A DNA stretch of 64,000 nucleotides from Candidatus Heimdallarchaeota archaeon. Lineage in GTDB: Archaea > Asgardarchaeota > Heimdallarchaeia > Heimdallarchaeales > Heimdallarchaeaceae. The first letter of the stretch is position 1. Each line of letters begins with the position of its first letter. Positions 20,045-29,057 of this stretch are shown piece by piece. The stretch lies in NCBI GenBank assembly GCA_021399395.1, contig JAAFKJ010000043.1, positions 1-64,000 of the forward strand. Direction: 5' to 3'. The translations under genes and the position numbers were made by a program. The notes under the pieces were generated by a model. The model searched no databases. It was not told the DNA's origin and saw nothing but the letters and a program-made list of their open reading frames with translations.

Positions 20045-20824
20045 CTATCCAATATTTGTGTAGTTTCTCAAATTATCATAGAGAATTTTGGAAATTTCAT
20101 CTAAATCATAAGGTGTAATTTCTATAATTTTATTCATTACTTTAGGGATAATTCCAGGTGATCCTATAACTCTCTCATTATTTATTGTATATTTAACGTT
20201 TCCATCCGATTCAGTTAATATTCGATTTATTGAAACTTCCTTGAGGACTTCAATATGGGGGGAACCTGTTAGAATTGAAGGATTAATTGTAAAGAAATAA
20301 TCTCTTTCTATGAATTTTTTCAATGTTTGAGTCGGACCTGAGTACCAGTGTATTAACACGTTAGAGGATTTAATTCTATAAGTTGAAAGTATACTCGCTA
20401 CATCTTCTTCTGCTCCCTTAAGGTGAATATTTACTGGAAGATTGTTTTTTTCTGCAATTTGCAAAAAAAAGCGAAAATATTGTTCTTGGTATGGATAACG
20501 TTCTTCATTTTTGATAAAGTGATAATCTAATCCTATTTCACCAACAACTACTTGTTTACTCTCCGAAAAGAGATGAAAGAAACTTTCTTTTATCTCATCC
20601 GTTATCGGTTTTTTTGCACTCCAGGGGTGTACACCAATACCCGGGATAATTTTTTCATATTCTTTGCTTAAATCCAAGATTTTTTTTGATTCTGAATATT
20701 TTGTTGAAACTCCAATTACATAATCCAATCCCATATCAATCCATTTTCTCATTGAGGATTCTAACTCAAAGTCTTTCTGAAAGCTTTTGCTAGCAATATG
20801 GCAATGTGCATCATGAAATCTCAT
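20045..20824 (-). CDS. tatD: TatD family nuclease
   Basis: DAHCH, GVHPW, GEIGLD, HWYSG, TESD. Confidence 0.92.
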   Translation of the reverse strand: MRFHDAHCHIASKSFQKDFELESSMRKWIDMGLDYVIGVSTKYSESKKILDLSKEYEKIIPGIGVHPWSAKKPITDEIKESFFHLFSESKQVVVGEIGLDYHFIKNEERYPYQEQYFRFFLQIAEKNNLPVNIHLKGAEEDVASILSTYRIKSSNVLIHWYSGPTQTLKKFIERDYFFTINPSILTGSPHIEVLKEVSINRILTESDGNVKYTINNERVIGSPGIIPKVMNKIIEITPYDLDEISKILYDNLRNYTNIG

Positions 20825-20875
20825 TATTTGAACTTCAATCACATCTTTTATATCTTTTCACTTTTCTGTACTAAT

Positions 20876-21052
20876 ATGGATAGTGAATTATTACCTCTAG
20901 AACAGAGAGTGAAAAAACTCGAACAAGAGGTTGAAACGTTGCGCAGATTGCTAGAATCTCATGTAAGAGATCATGGTGTTCCACCACCAGTTCATCCAGA
21001 TCGTCCATTTCAACCAAAACATCCTGATGTTGGACCTCCTAAGAAATATTAA
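20876..21052 (+). CDS. Small coiled-coil / proline-rich protein (58 aa)
   Basis: ATG 20876 lies about 25 nt after TTTTATAT; heptad LEQRVKKLEQEVETL followed by PPPVHPDRP. Confidence 0.6.
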   Translation: MDSELLPLEQRVKKLEQEVETLRRLLESHVRDHGVPPPVHPDRPFQPKHPDVGPPKKY

Positions 21053-21070
21053 CTCCATAAAAAATATACA

Positions 21071-21913
21071 GTGAAAAACATGCCAAGGAAAGACGACTAT
21101 GATACTATGGTATATAAGATGATTAAGGGCAGTGATGTAATAATCGAAGTAGTTGATGCTAGATTTCCTAGTTTATCACGAACCAAAAAATATGAAAATA
21201 TGGTTCTGAGAAACTCCTCTAAAACACTTCTGATTGCCATGAACAAAGTTGATCTTGTACCAAATCATATAGTATCAAAATGGAAAAAGATTCTTGAAAA
21301 AGAGAAAATTACAATTATTCCTACATCTGCACGAGAACGATTGAGCACAGCTGTACTTAGAAATAAGATTTTATCTTCTGTTAATAAGGAATTTTTTTAC
21401 ATTACTTCTTGTTTTATAGGATTACCAAATACAGGTAAGAGCTCTCTTATCAATATTCTCAAAGGAAGATCAAGTGCTCCTGTTGCTCCAATTCCTGGAT
21501 ATACAAAAGCATTGCAAGTACTACGAATCACAACAAGGTTAAGAATTTTTGATACTCCTGGAGTTATTCCCTTTAAAATGTCAATGGCCGATCAAATATT
21601 ACTGGGTATAGCACGACCAGAGAGACTTTCTGATCCTGTAAAAGCAGCATGGTCTCTCATACATAGAATAAATGAAATTGATCCTGATACGATTTCAAAA
21701 ACTTATGAGATAGAATATGAATCTCCTCCTGAATTTCTGGAAAAATTTGCTGAAAAAAGACACAAGATAAGGAAAGGTGGAGAACTAGATTTAGAAACTG
21801 CTGCAAGAGTTTTTCTAACAGAACACAATAATAAAGCTAAAATCCCTATTTGGGAAGATCCTGATCAATATTTGATTGAAAAACGTGAAAAAGAACGTTC
21901 TAGTAAGAAATAA
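21071..21913 (+). CDS. Circularly permuted ribosome-biogenesis GTPase (RbgA/YlqF/Nog2-like)
   Basis: DAR, NKVD, SA, GLPNTGKSS, T, DTPG in G4-G5-G1-G2-G3 order. Confidence 0.93.
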   Translation: MKNMPRKDDYDTMVYKMIKGSDVIIEVVDARFPSLSRTKKYENMVLRNSSKTLLIAMNKVDLVPNHIVSKWKKILEKEKITIIPTSARERLSTAVLRNKILSSVNKEFFYITSCFIGLPNTGKSSLINILKGRSSAPVAPIPGYTKALQVLRITTRLRIFDTPGVIPFKMSMADQILLGIARPERLSDPVKAAWSLIHRINEIDPDTISKTYEIEYESPPEFLEKFAEKRHKIRKGGELDLETAARVFLTEHNNKAKIPIWEDPDQYLIEKREKERSSKK

Positions 21914-22060
21914 GCACCTAAAGTGGTTTTTTTCTTCTTAATATTACAGTTACTGAAATAATTATTATGTCACTATCGTTAATAGTTTTAAAAATCCATA
22001 AACACTTATAATAAATGCTCAAAACGTAAAAGAAAAATAAAAAAAGAAGGGGAGAAACTT

Positions 22061-23221
22061 TTATTCTCGTTTCCAACCAAACTTAGTAGTATCATAAAAT
22101 GGCATTTTTACTACTTTTGCTTTAACTTGGTTTTTACGGATTTGGACTAATACTTCAGTTTCTGGTTCAGAATATTCGATATCAACAAAACCCATACCAA
22201 CACCAATATTGCCAATTACGGGGGAGCGAACACCATTTACCATGTAACCTATTTTCTCTCCAGCTGTATTGAGGATCTCATAATCTGCTCTAGGAATTCC
22301 TTTATCAAGTAACTTAATTCCAACATGCTTGATCTTTACACCTTCATTCTTAGCTTTTAATAATGCTTCTTTGCCAAAGTAGAATGGTTCTTTGTCATGT
22401 TTGCAGAAGATTTTGAAATCATATCCAGTTTCTACTGGAGTAACTTCTTCGTGAATATCCTCACCATAAAGTGGTAATCCAGCTTCTATTCTTAATGCAT
22501 CACGAGCACCAAGACCACAAAGTGCTATACCTACTTCTTTGCCAGCTTCAAGAATAGCATTCCATACCTTAATACCTTTTTCAGGATTTGCTAAATCAGA
22601 ATCAAAAACGACTACCTCAAAACCCATCTCGCCTGTATAGCCGGTACCGGTGAATAGACACTTACATCCTTCAATTTCAGTTTCAACCATTTTCCATCTA
22701 CCAGTATCAGTAACACCTAAATTCTCTAATATTACATTTGTATTTGGTCCTTGAACTGCAAACATGGTTGTCTCTAATGTCCAATCCTTAAACTCAAGAG
22801 GTTCTCCTGTAAGTTCTTCAAAGATTTTAACAAATTGACCTATCCAAGCTAAAACTTTTACAGTTTGGCTTCCAGCGTTACATACATTGAAGTAATCTGT
22901 TTCACTCTTTTTACCAATAATTGTGTCGTCTCGGTAACCACCATTCTCATTGAGATAATAGGTGTAACCACACTTCATATCATTCATGGCTGCAATATCT
23001 CGTGGTGTGAGTAATTCCAATAATTTTGTTGCATGCTTTCCTTTCAGAGAATAACGACCCATATCTGTTACTTCTACAATTGAAACATTTTCTCTTGTAG
23101 CCATGATTTCTTCATCAATACCAGTGTAGGAAACTGGAAGATAATAGCCAGCAAAATCGGTCATTCTAGCGCCAGCATCTTCATGAACTTTCCACATAGG
23201 AGTTTTAACTAATTTACCCAT
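22061..23221 (-). CDS. gcvT: Glycine cleavage system aminomethyltransferase T
   Basis: DFAGYYLPVSY, AVQGP, TGYTGEMGFE, GLGARDALRIEAGLPLYG. Confidence 0.95.
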   Translation of the reverse strand: MGKLVKTPMWKVHEDAGARMTDFAGYYLPVSYTGIDEEIMATRENVSIVEVTDMGRYSLKGKHATKLLELLTPRDIAAMNDMKCGYTYYLNENGGYRDDTIIGKKSETDYFNVCNAGSQTVKVLAWIGQFVKIFEELTGEPLEFKDWTLETTMFAVQGPNTNVILENLGVTDTGRWKMVETEIEGCKCLFTGTGYTGEMGFEVVVFDSDLANPEKGIKVWNAILEAGKEVGIALCGLGARDALRIEAGLPLYGEDIHEEVTPVETGYDFKIFCKHDKEPFYFGKEALLKAKNEGVKIKHVGIKLLDKGIPRADYEILNTAGEKIGYMVNGVRSPVIGNIGVGMGFVDIEYSEPETEVLVQIRKNQVKAKVVKMPFYDTTKFGWKRE

Positions 23222-23317
23222 AATAATATCGCCTTTTAGCGTTTAATATCGGTTTTTCTTTATAGATAAAAATGTTATCCATTGTAGATAAATAAAAAAG
23301 TTGAAGGGAAGCTCGTT

Positions 23318-24688
23318 CTAATATTCTAAATGATATTTCTTAGCTTTACCCTTATGACTATCGATGAAAATCTTATCTCCTTCTGGACCATCTGGACCAT
23401 CAATGAATTCTACGGGTTGTCCTGGCGATGCAAAAGCTGGTTCTTTAGGAGCTATAAATCTATATCCCTTATCATGTTTGAAGATTTGTAAAAACTCTGT
23501 TGGGTCATCATCTCTAGGACCAGTAACAACAAGTTTTGGTCCAATCTGACTGAATAAAGATGTCCCCCAATCTGATTTGTAAATGCCTAATAAATCTTTG
23601 AAATCCTGTTGAGTTTCCTCTGGTTTAAGTTTATACTTCTCTTTGTCCTTTTCAATCTTAGCAAGAATTTTAATTATTCCAGTTGCTAGAACTAGCGCTG
23701 GCCCATTTACAGCATTTGTTAGTACAACCACTATTACCTTTTTATCCTGAATAAGCCCAGATCTAGTAATAAACCCAGGGTACCCTCCACCATGACCAAC
23801 GATTTTTATTCCAGGAAGCTCGGTGATACCAAAACCTAATCCCCAATTAATTTTCTCTGATTTAAACTGAATACGTTGCATTTCACGTTTGATGTAGTCT
23901 GGGAAGAGTGTATTATTACCAAATATGTGCGCTTTATAAAATTTGATTAAATCTTCTACAGTACTACTTAATCCTGTTGCTGAATGCATAACTTTAGCAG
24001 GGACATGCTCGAACTTTTCTCTATCTTGATTTGGATACTTAATTTTGTAACCTGTTGCATGTCTTGAAAGATTAGTCTCATCAACATCAATGATTGTGTT
24101 TTGCATATCGAGAGGATTAAGAATCTCATTTTGAATAAAATCAGGATAGCTTTGACCTGATACTGTTTCGATGATTTGTCCCAAGAGAGTAAAACCATAA
24201 TTCGAGTACTTGAATACCTCACTTGTCTCGAAGAAACTAATCCCTTGCTCCACTTGAGCTTTTATTTCATCAATGGATGGAAATTCATGATTATACCAAT
24301 GTGCAGTGGTGCCATCACGTGTCATTCCACTTGAGTGAGTAAGTAAATGTCTTATACGGATTTGTTTGATAGTTTCCTCTTTTTCTGAAGTGAACCAAGG
24401 TAGAAATTTGGATACTTTATCATCTAAAGAGAGTTTTTCTTCATGATAGAGTTTCATGATTGCAGTCGCAGTAAAAAGTTTAGAATGTGATGCTATACGA
24501 AATAGATGTTGATTTGTTAGTTTAACTTTGTTTTCTAAATTTGCATAACCATATTCTTTCTTGAAGATTATTTCATCTTCAACAAAAATTCCAACAGTGA
24601 TACCAGGTATTTCTTTGATATATGTTTGGAAATCAAGCCAATTATCAATAAGATGGAGACACTGCTTTGCAATACCTTTCTTTAACAT
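23318..24688 (-). CDS. Serine hydrolase, beta-lactamase class C-like
   Basis: SxxK (ASHSK), LLTHSSG, YSN, HGGG. Confidence 0.9.
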   Translation of the reverse strand: MLKKGIAKQCLHLIDNWLDFQTYIKEIPGITVGIFVEDEIIFKKEYGYANLENKVKLTNQHLFRIASHSKLFTATAIMKLYHEEKLSLDDKVSKFLPWFTSEKEETIKQIRIRHLLTHSSGMTRDGTTAHWYNHEFPSIDEIKAQVEQGISFFETSEVFKYSNYGFTLLGQIIETVSGQSYPDFIQNEILNPLDMQNTIIDVDETNLSRHATGYKIKYPNQDREKFEHVPAKVMHSATGLSSTVEDLIKFYKAHIFGNNTLFPDYIKREMQRIQFKSEKINWGLGFGITELPGIKIVGHGGGYPGFITRSGLIQDKKVIVVVLTNAVNGPALVLATGIIKILAKIEKDKEKYKLKPEETQQDFKDLLGIYKSDWGTSLFSQIGPKLVVTGPRDDDPTEFLQIFKHDKGYRFIAPKEPAFASPGQPVEFIDGPDGPEGDKIFIDSHKGKAKKYHLEY

Positions 24689-24736
24689 AAAGCGAAAAAG
24701 CAATGGGCATTAAAAACAATTTCTATCCCACTGAAC

Positions 24737-25690
24737 TTAAAAAATCCCATCTCTCTTATTTATTGAAAGAAGTGAGATGAATTCATAAATTATGTTAGAG
24801 GCTAGTAACGAAGTAATCTCTGATGGATCAAATGAAGGTAATACTTCAACTAAATCAAAACCCACGAAATTTAATCCTTCTAAGCCTCTTACAAGCTTCA
24901 ACGTTTCTGTGCTGTTAAATCCTCCTACCTCAGGTGTCCCCGTACCAGGTGCATATGCAGGGTCAACAAAGTCAATATCAAAACTTACAAAGACCTTAGT
25001 TCCTTCTACACGCTCTTTTATTGCATTAATAGTTTCTTCTAATCCCATCCCCTTAATATCAGAAGTTGTTAACACTTCTAATCCTAATTTTCGAGGTATT
25101 TCTAAATGTTCTGAGCTATATACGGAACCTCTTAAACCAACTTGAATAGAACTATCTACTAGAAGTAATTTTTCTTCTATAGCTCTACTGAAAGGTGTTC
25201 CATGATTGTATGGCATTCCAAAATATTCATCGATAGTATCGCTATGAGAATCAAAGTGAATTAATGAAACAGGGCCATGTTTCTTTGCAATTGCTCTTAA
25301 TTCGGGGAGAGAAATTGCATGGTCACCACCTAGGAGAATGGGAATGATTCCATTATCTACTATAGGAAAAAGAGATTCTTCAATTCGTTTATACCCTTCT
25401 TCGATATATCCTGGAACAACTGGTAAATCACCATAATCAATACCAGAAAGATACTCAAATGGACTTATTTTTAGAATTGGGTTGTGATGTCTTAATAGAG
25501 CAGAAGTTCTTCTTATTGCGGATGGTCCTTCCCTTTGTCCAGTTCTAAAGGAAGCTCCGGCATCAGAAGGAACTCCAATTATCGCAAAGTCGACATTTTC
25601 AAGTTTTTGTGTGTGAGGTAGACGCATGAATGTTCGTATACCTGAAAATCTTGGAGATTTGATTGGATCTACTGGTTTGTACTTAGTCAT
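24737..25690 (-). CDS. speB: Agmatinase / ureohydrolase family enzyme
   Basis: GGDHAI, DSHSD, HGTPF, SFDIDFVDPAYAPGTGTPEVGG. Confidence 0.88.
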   Translation of the reverse strand: MTKYKPVDPIKSPRFSGIRTFMRLPHTQKLENVDFAIIGVPSDAGASFRTGQREGPSAIRRTSALLRHHNPILKISPFEYLSGIDYGDLPVVPGYIEEGYKRIEESLFPIVDNGIIPILLGGDHAISLPELRAIAKKHGPVSLIHFDSHSDTIDEYFGMPYNHGTPFSRAIEEKLLLVDSSIQVGLRGSVYSSEHLEIPRKLGLEVLTTSDIKGMGLEETINAIKERVEGTKVFVSFDIDFVDPAYAPGTGTPEVGGFNSTETLKLVRGLEGLNFVGFDLVEVLPSFDPSEITSLLASNIIYEFISLLSINKRDGIF

Positions 25691-25755
25691 ATTGGTCTCA
25701 CTTCTTTCTCTAATTTCCAATATCAGTAATTGAATATAGAAGTACTTCCAAATTA

Positions 25756-27495
25756 ATGTTTTCCAGAATTATAAACGTTCAAACTCCAATAAAACTTAAT
25801 AGATTGATTGATATTATTAATAACTTGATAAACTTGAACCCCCTCAAAAAACAAATATTAGCCCTTCCAGTTTTGCTGATTTTTGCCTTTTCTACTCTTC
25901 ATTTACAAGTAATAACTAATATTTCTGCAATTTCGGATACTGAATCTTCAGAAAACCCTACTATTTCCTCTTTTTCGGAAACACAAAGTGCTTGGATAGT
26001 TATGGCTGGAGATGTAAAATATCACAATGATACTGAAGCTATGAAATATGGTTGTAATAAGACATATGAGATTCTGAGATCTTTTGGTCTTCCAGCGGAG
26101 AAAATTTTCTATATGGGACCAGAAGTAGATGCATTAACTCAACCTTATGTTAATACTTCTTCAACAAAAATCAATATGCAATGGGCAATTGAGGAATGGG
26201 CACCTCAGCATGTCAATTCAACACAAAGTCTAGGGTTATATCTCCTTTCTCATGGTGATATCAATGCACTTGGGGTTATGGTCGATGATGCTTTGAGGGA
26301 TTATCATCTAAATTCATACTTGAATAATTTTGAAGCAACTACAGGATGTAAAAGAATTATAGTTGTAATTGAAGGATGCCATTCAGGATCATTTATTGAC
26401 ACCTTAAGTAAGGATAATAGAATAATTGTAACATCAACTAGCACATACCAAGGAGCAGCTTTCAATACTGAAAGAAACTGGGGTGCTTTTTCAGAAGCAT
26501 TCTGGTCATCCATTGCTTCATGTAGATCAATAGGAGTGTCATTTGATGATGGCGTAGATCACATTAGAGCTCTTGGGAAAAATCAATCACCTAAACTTGA
26601 TGATAATCATGATGGATATGGAACCACTCCTTATCCGAATGACTATTTACCTACGGGTGGAGAAGGGTTTGATGCCTTAGACACGTGGATTCACGCTAAG
26701 CCAAGAATATGCCTTCCTAAAATCGAAATAATGAGAGTACCTCTTCATATATACGAGGTTTACGATCCTTTTACTTGCTCTGCAATTATTGAAGTTGAAA
26801 TTGAAAGTTCAACAGATATAAGTAAAGTCTATGCCAGATTTGTACCTATAGGCTGGGAGCCATATGATCCACTCGATGGTTTTATGTATCCAATAAATGA
26901 TGATGAAATCCAAATGGTTGAACTGGAAAATCCTTTGATAGACAATGTCTATATGGGAGATGTAACATTTGATGGACTAAATTTGGGTGATTCATTCAAG
27001 ATTAATATATTAGCATATGATTCTTATGGGTATGTTGCTGATATCGTATCAACCTACCTTTCTTTCAATGCACTAGGAGCAGCTCCTACTGATATAGTTC
27101 CCCCATCAGTATTTATTATTAGACCAGATTCTGATGAAGTAGTCGAAGCTAGTATTGATGTGACAGTAAAGGGTGATGATAATCAAAGATTAGAAAATAT
27201 CGATCTCTATTTGGATGGAACTTTGATTGAGAGTATCTCAATGCCTGATTACTATCCATATCCTGAGTTGAGCTATATTTGTGATACTACTGAATATGAA
27301 GATGGTATTCATAATTTCACTGCTGTTGCAATTGATCATCAAGGATTAACAAACCAAACTTCAGTATTAATTACTTTCAGAAATACAGAACCTCAAACAA
27401 CACAAGGTTACTCCATTCTTATTGGGAGTGGGGCTATAATGCTATTTGCAATAGTAGTAAAAGTTAACAAAAGAAAGAAAAGGAAATATGAATGA
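25756..27495 (+). CDS. Surface-anchored clan CD (C13 legumain/caspase-fold) cysteine peptidase with an Ig-like domain
   Basis: His-Gly (SHGD) and Cys (EGCHSGSF) dyad, Big-like YLDG...DGIHNFTAVAID, N-terminal hydrophobic segment, C-terminal TM + KRKKRK. The true start is uncertain. Confidence 0.8.
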   Translation: MFSRIINVQTPIKLNRLIDIINNLINLNPLKKQILALPVLLIFAFSTLHLQVITNISAISDTESSENPTISSFSETQSAWIVMAGDVKYHNDTEAMKYGCNKTYEILRSFGLPAEKIFYMGPEVDALTQPYVNTSSTKINMQWAIEEWAPQHVNSTQSLGLYLLSHGDINALGVMVDDALRDYHLNSYLNNFEATTGCKRIIVVIEGCHSGSFIDTLSKDNRIIVTSTSTYQGAAFNTERNWGAFSEAFWSSIASCRSIGVSFDDGVDHIRALGKNQSPKLDDNHDGYGTTPYPNDYLPTGGEGFDALDTWIHAKPRICLPKIEIMRVPLHIYEVYDPFTCSAIIEVEIESSTDISKVYARFVPIGWEPYDPLDGFMYPINDDEIQMVELENPLIDNVYMGDVTFDGLNLGDSFKINILAYDSYGYVADIVSTYLSFNALGAAPTDIVPPSVFIIRPDSDEVVEASIDVTVKGDDNQRLENIDLYLDGTLIESISMPDYYPYPELSYICDTTEYEDGIHNFTAVAIDHQGLTNQTSVLITFRNTEPQTTQGYSILIGSGAIMLFAIVVKVNKRKKRKYE

Positions 27496-27517
27496 GCTAA
27501 ATACTCATCTCTTCTTA

Positions 27518-28873
27518 TTATTTTCTTCGGAGCATTTTTCTTGAGATCATCTCTAAAGCTTGTGTGACTGGATATATTGTCTCATTTACTGCTGGAGCAT
27601 AACATAAATCAGATTGCAATAATTCTAGAAATGTCATTTCGTTTTGCATTCCTAATGAAATTATATTTAGATTGTCAGTTATGGAATCTGGACCAACTGC
27701 TTGAGCTCCTAGTATCTTTCCAGTATTCTTATCTGCAAGTATTTTGAAGAATAATTCTTCAGCATCTGGCATATAAGTGGGTTTATTGTGTGTTTTAATT
27801 TTAGCCATAACAACCTCGAATCCTGCATCTTCTGCTGCTTTCTTGATTAGTCCTACAGAACCTACTCGAAGATCCATAAATGGTACTATGAAATTGTTCA
27901 TTGTACCTGGGAACTTCAAAGTTCCAGGTTTTGCAATTGTCATAGCTGCTACTCTTGCCATTCTTACACAGCAAGTTGCTATAGCTGAGTTAATAGGTTG
28001 TTTTGAAACTAAATGTATTGTTTCGGCACAATCACCTACTGCAAGTATATTGGGGTCTGAGGTTTTCAATTCATCATCAGTTACAATTGCACCTGATTCA
28101 CCAATTTCTAATCCTGCTTCTTGTGCTAAGGTTACTTCAGGTCTAATACCTGTAGCTGCAACAACAAAATCACATTCAAAATCTCCTTGATCAGTTGTAA
28201 CTTTTGTTGCCATACCATTATCATCTAGAACAATTTCATTTATCCCAACACCAATAACAAATTTTAACTTGGGGAGTTTCGCTTCAAGTTGTTTAACTGT
28301 TTCATCAGCATAATCTGGATCTATTAGTAGACGCATAAGTCTTGATCTTGCAAGAACAACAGTTTCAATACCTCTGTGAGCGAGTTCTGTAGCAACTTCG
28401 AGTCCTATCGCAGAAGCACCTAAAACAACAGCTTTTGAGGCTTTTGCTGCAGCTTCTCGTATTTTTGCTGAATCTTCAATCCATTTCAAAGCATGAACAT
28501 TTTTTCCATCGGCTCCAGGAATCGGAGGATATTTAGCTTTAGAACCAATACAAACAACAAGGTAATCATATTCAACTTCGAAAACCTCATCATTTTCAAG
28601 ATTTTTAACGCTGACTTTCTTGTTTTGACGATCAATTTTGAGAGCTTCATGACGACGTAAAAAGTTTATTTTCATCATTTTATAATTCAAAGTTTCAATT
28701 AGAAGACTCTCATCTTCCCATAATCCGCCTATTGCATATGGCATAGCACAAGGATGATATGCATCATGATTTTTTTTATCAATTATTGTGATTTCTGCGT
28801 TTCTATCCCATGCACGGAGGGTGGAAGCTGATGTCCAACCAGAGGACCCATGTCCAATATATACAACCTTCAT
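27518..28873 (-). CDS. NADH oxidase / CoA-disulfide reductase family flavoprotein
   Basis: IGHGSSG, YHPCAMPY (redox Cys), LGASAIGLE, AVGDC, YAPA. Confidence 0.88.
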   Translation of the reverse strand: MKVVYIGHGSSGWTSASTLRAWDRNAEITIIDKKNHDAYHPCAMPYAIGGLWEDESLLIETLNYKMMKINFLRRHEALKIDRQNKKVSVKNLENDEVFEVEYDYLVVCIGSKAKYPPIPGADGKNVHALKWIEDSAKIREAAAKASKAVVLGASAIGLEVATELAHRGIETVVLARSRLMRLLIDPDYADETVKQLEAKLPKLKFVIGVGINEIVLDDNGMATKVTTDQGDFECDFVVAATGIRPEVTLAQEAGLEIGESGAIVTDDELKTSDPNILAVGDCAETIHLVSKQPINSAIATCCVRMARVAAMTIAKPGTLKFPGTMNNFIVPFMDLRVGSVGLIKKAAEDAGFEVVMAKIKTHNKPTYMPDAEELFFKILADKNTGKILGAQAVGPDSITDNLNIISLGMQNEMTFLELLQSDLCYAPAVNETIYPVTQALEMISRKMLRRK

Positions 28874-29057
28874 AGTCGAAAACTTGAATATGTGTTTATT
28901 AAAGTTACTAATCGTTCATTACATTTTTTTGAAAGAGAACCCATTTCCTTTTTGCTTATGATGTGTTAGAATTTCCTCGGGTAATCGATACCTCCAGAGG
29001 GTAAAATTTTTGACTTCGTGATTCAATTCCTAAATATACTTGTTAAAAGGCGATTAT

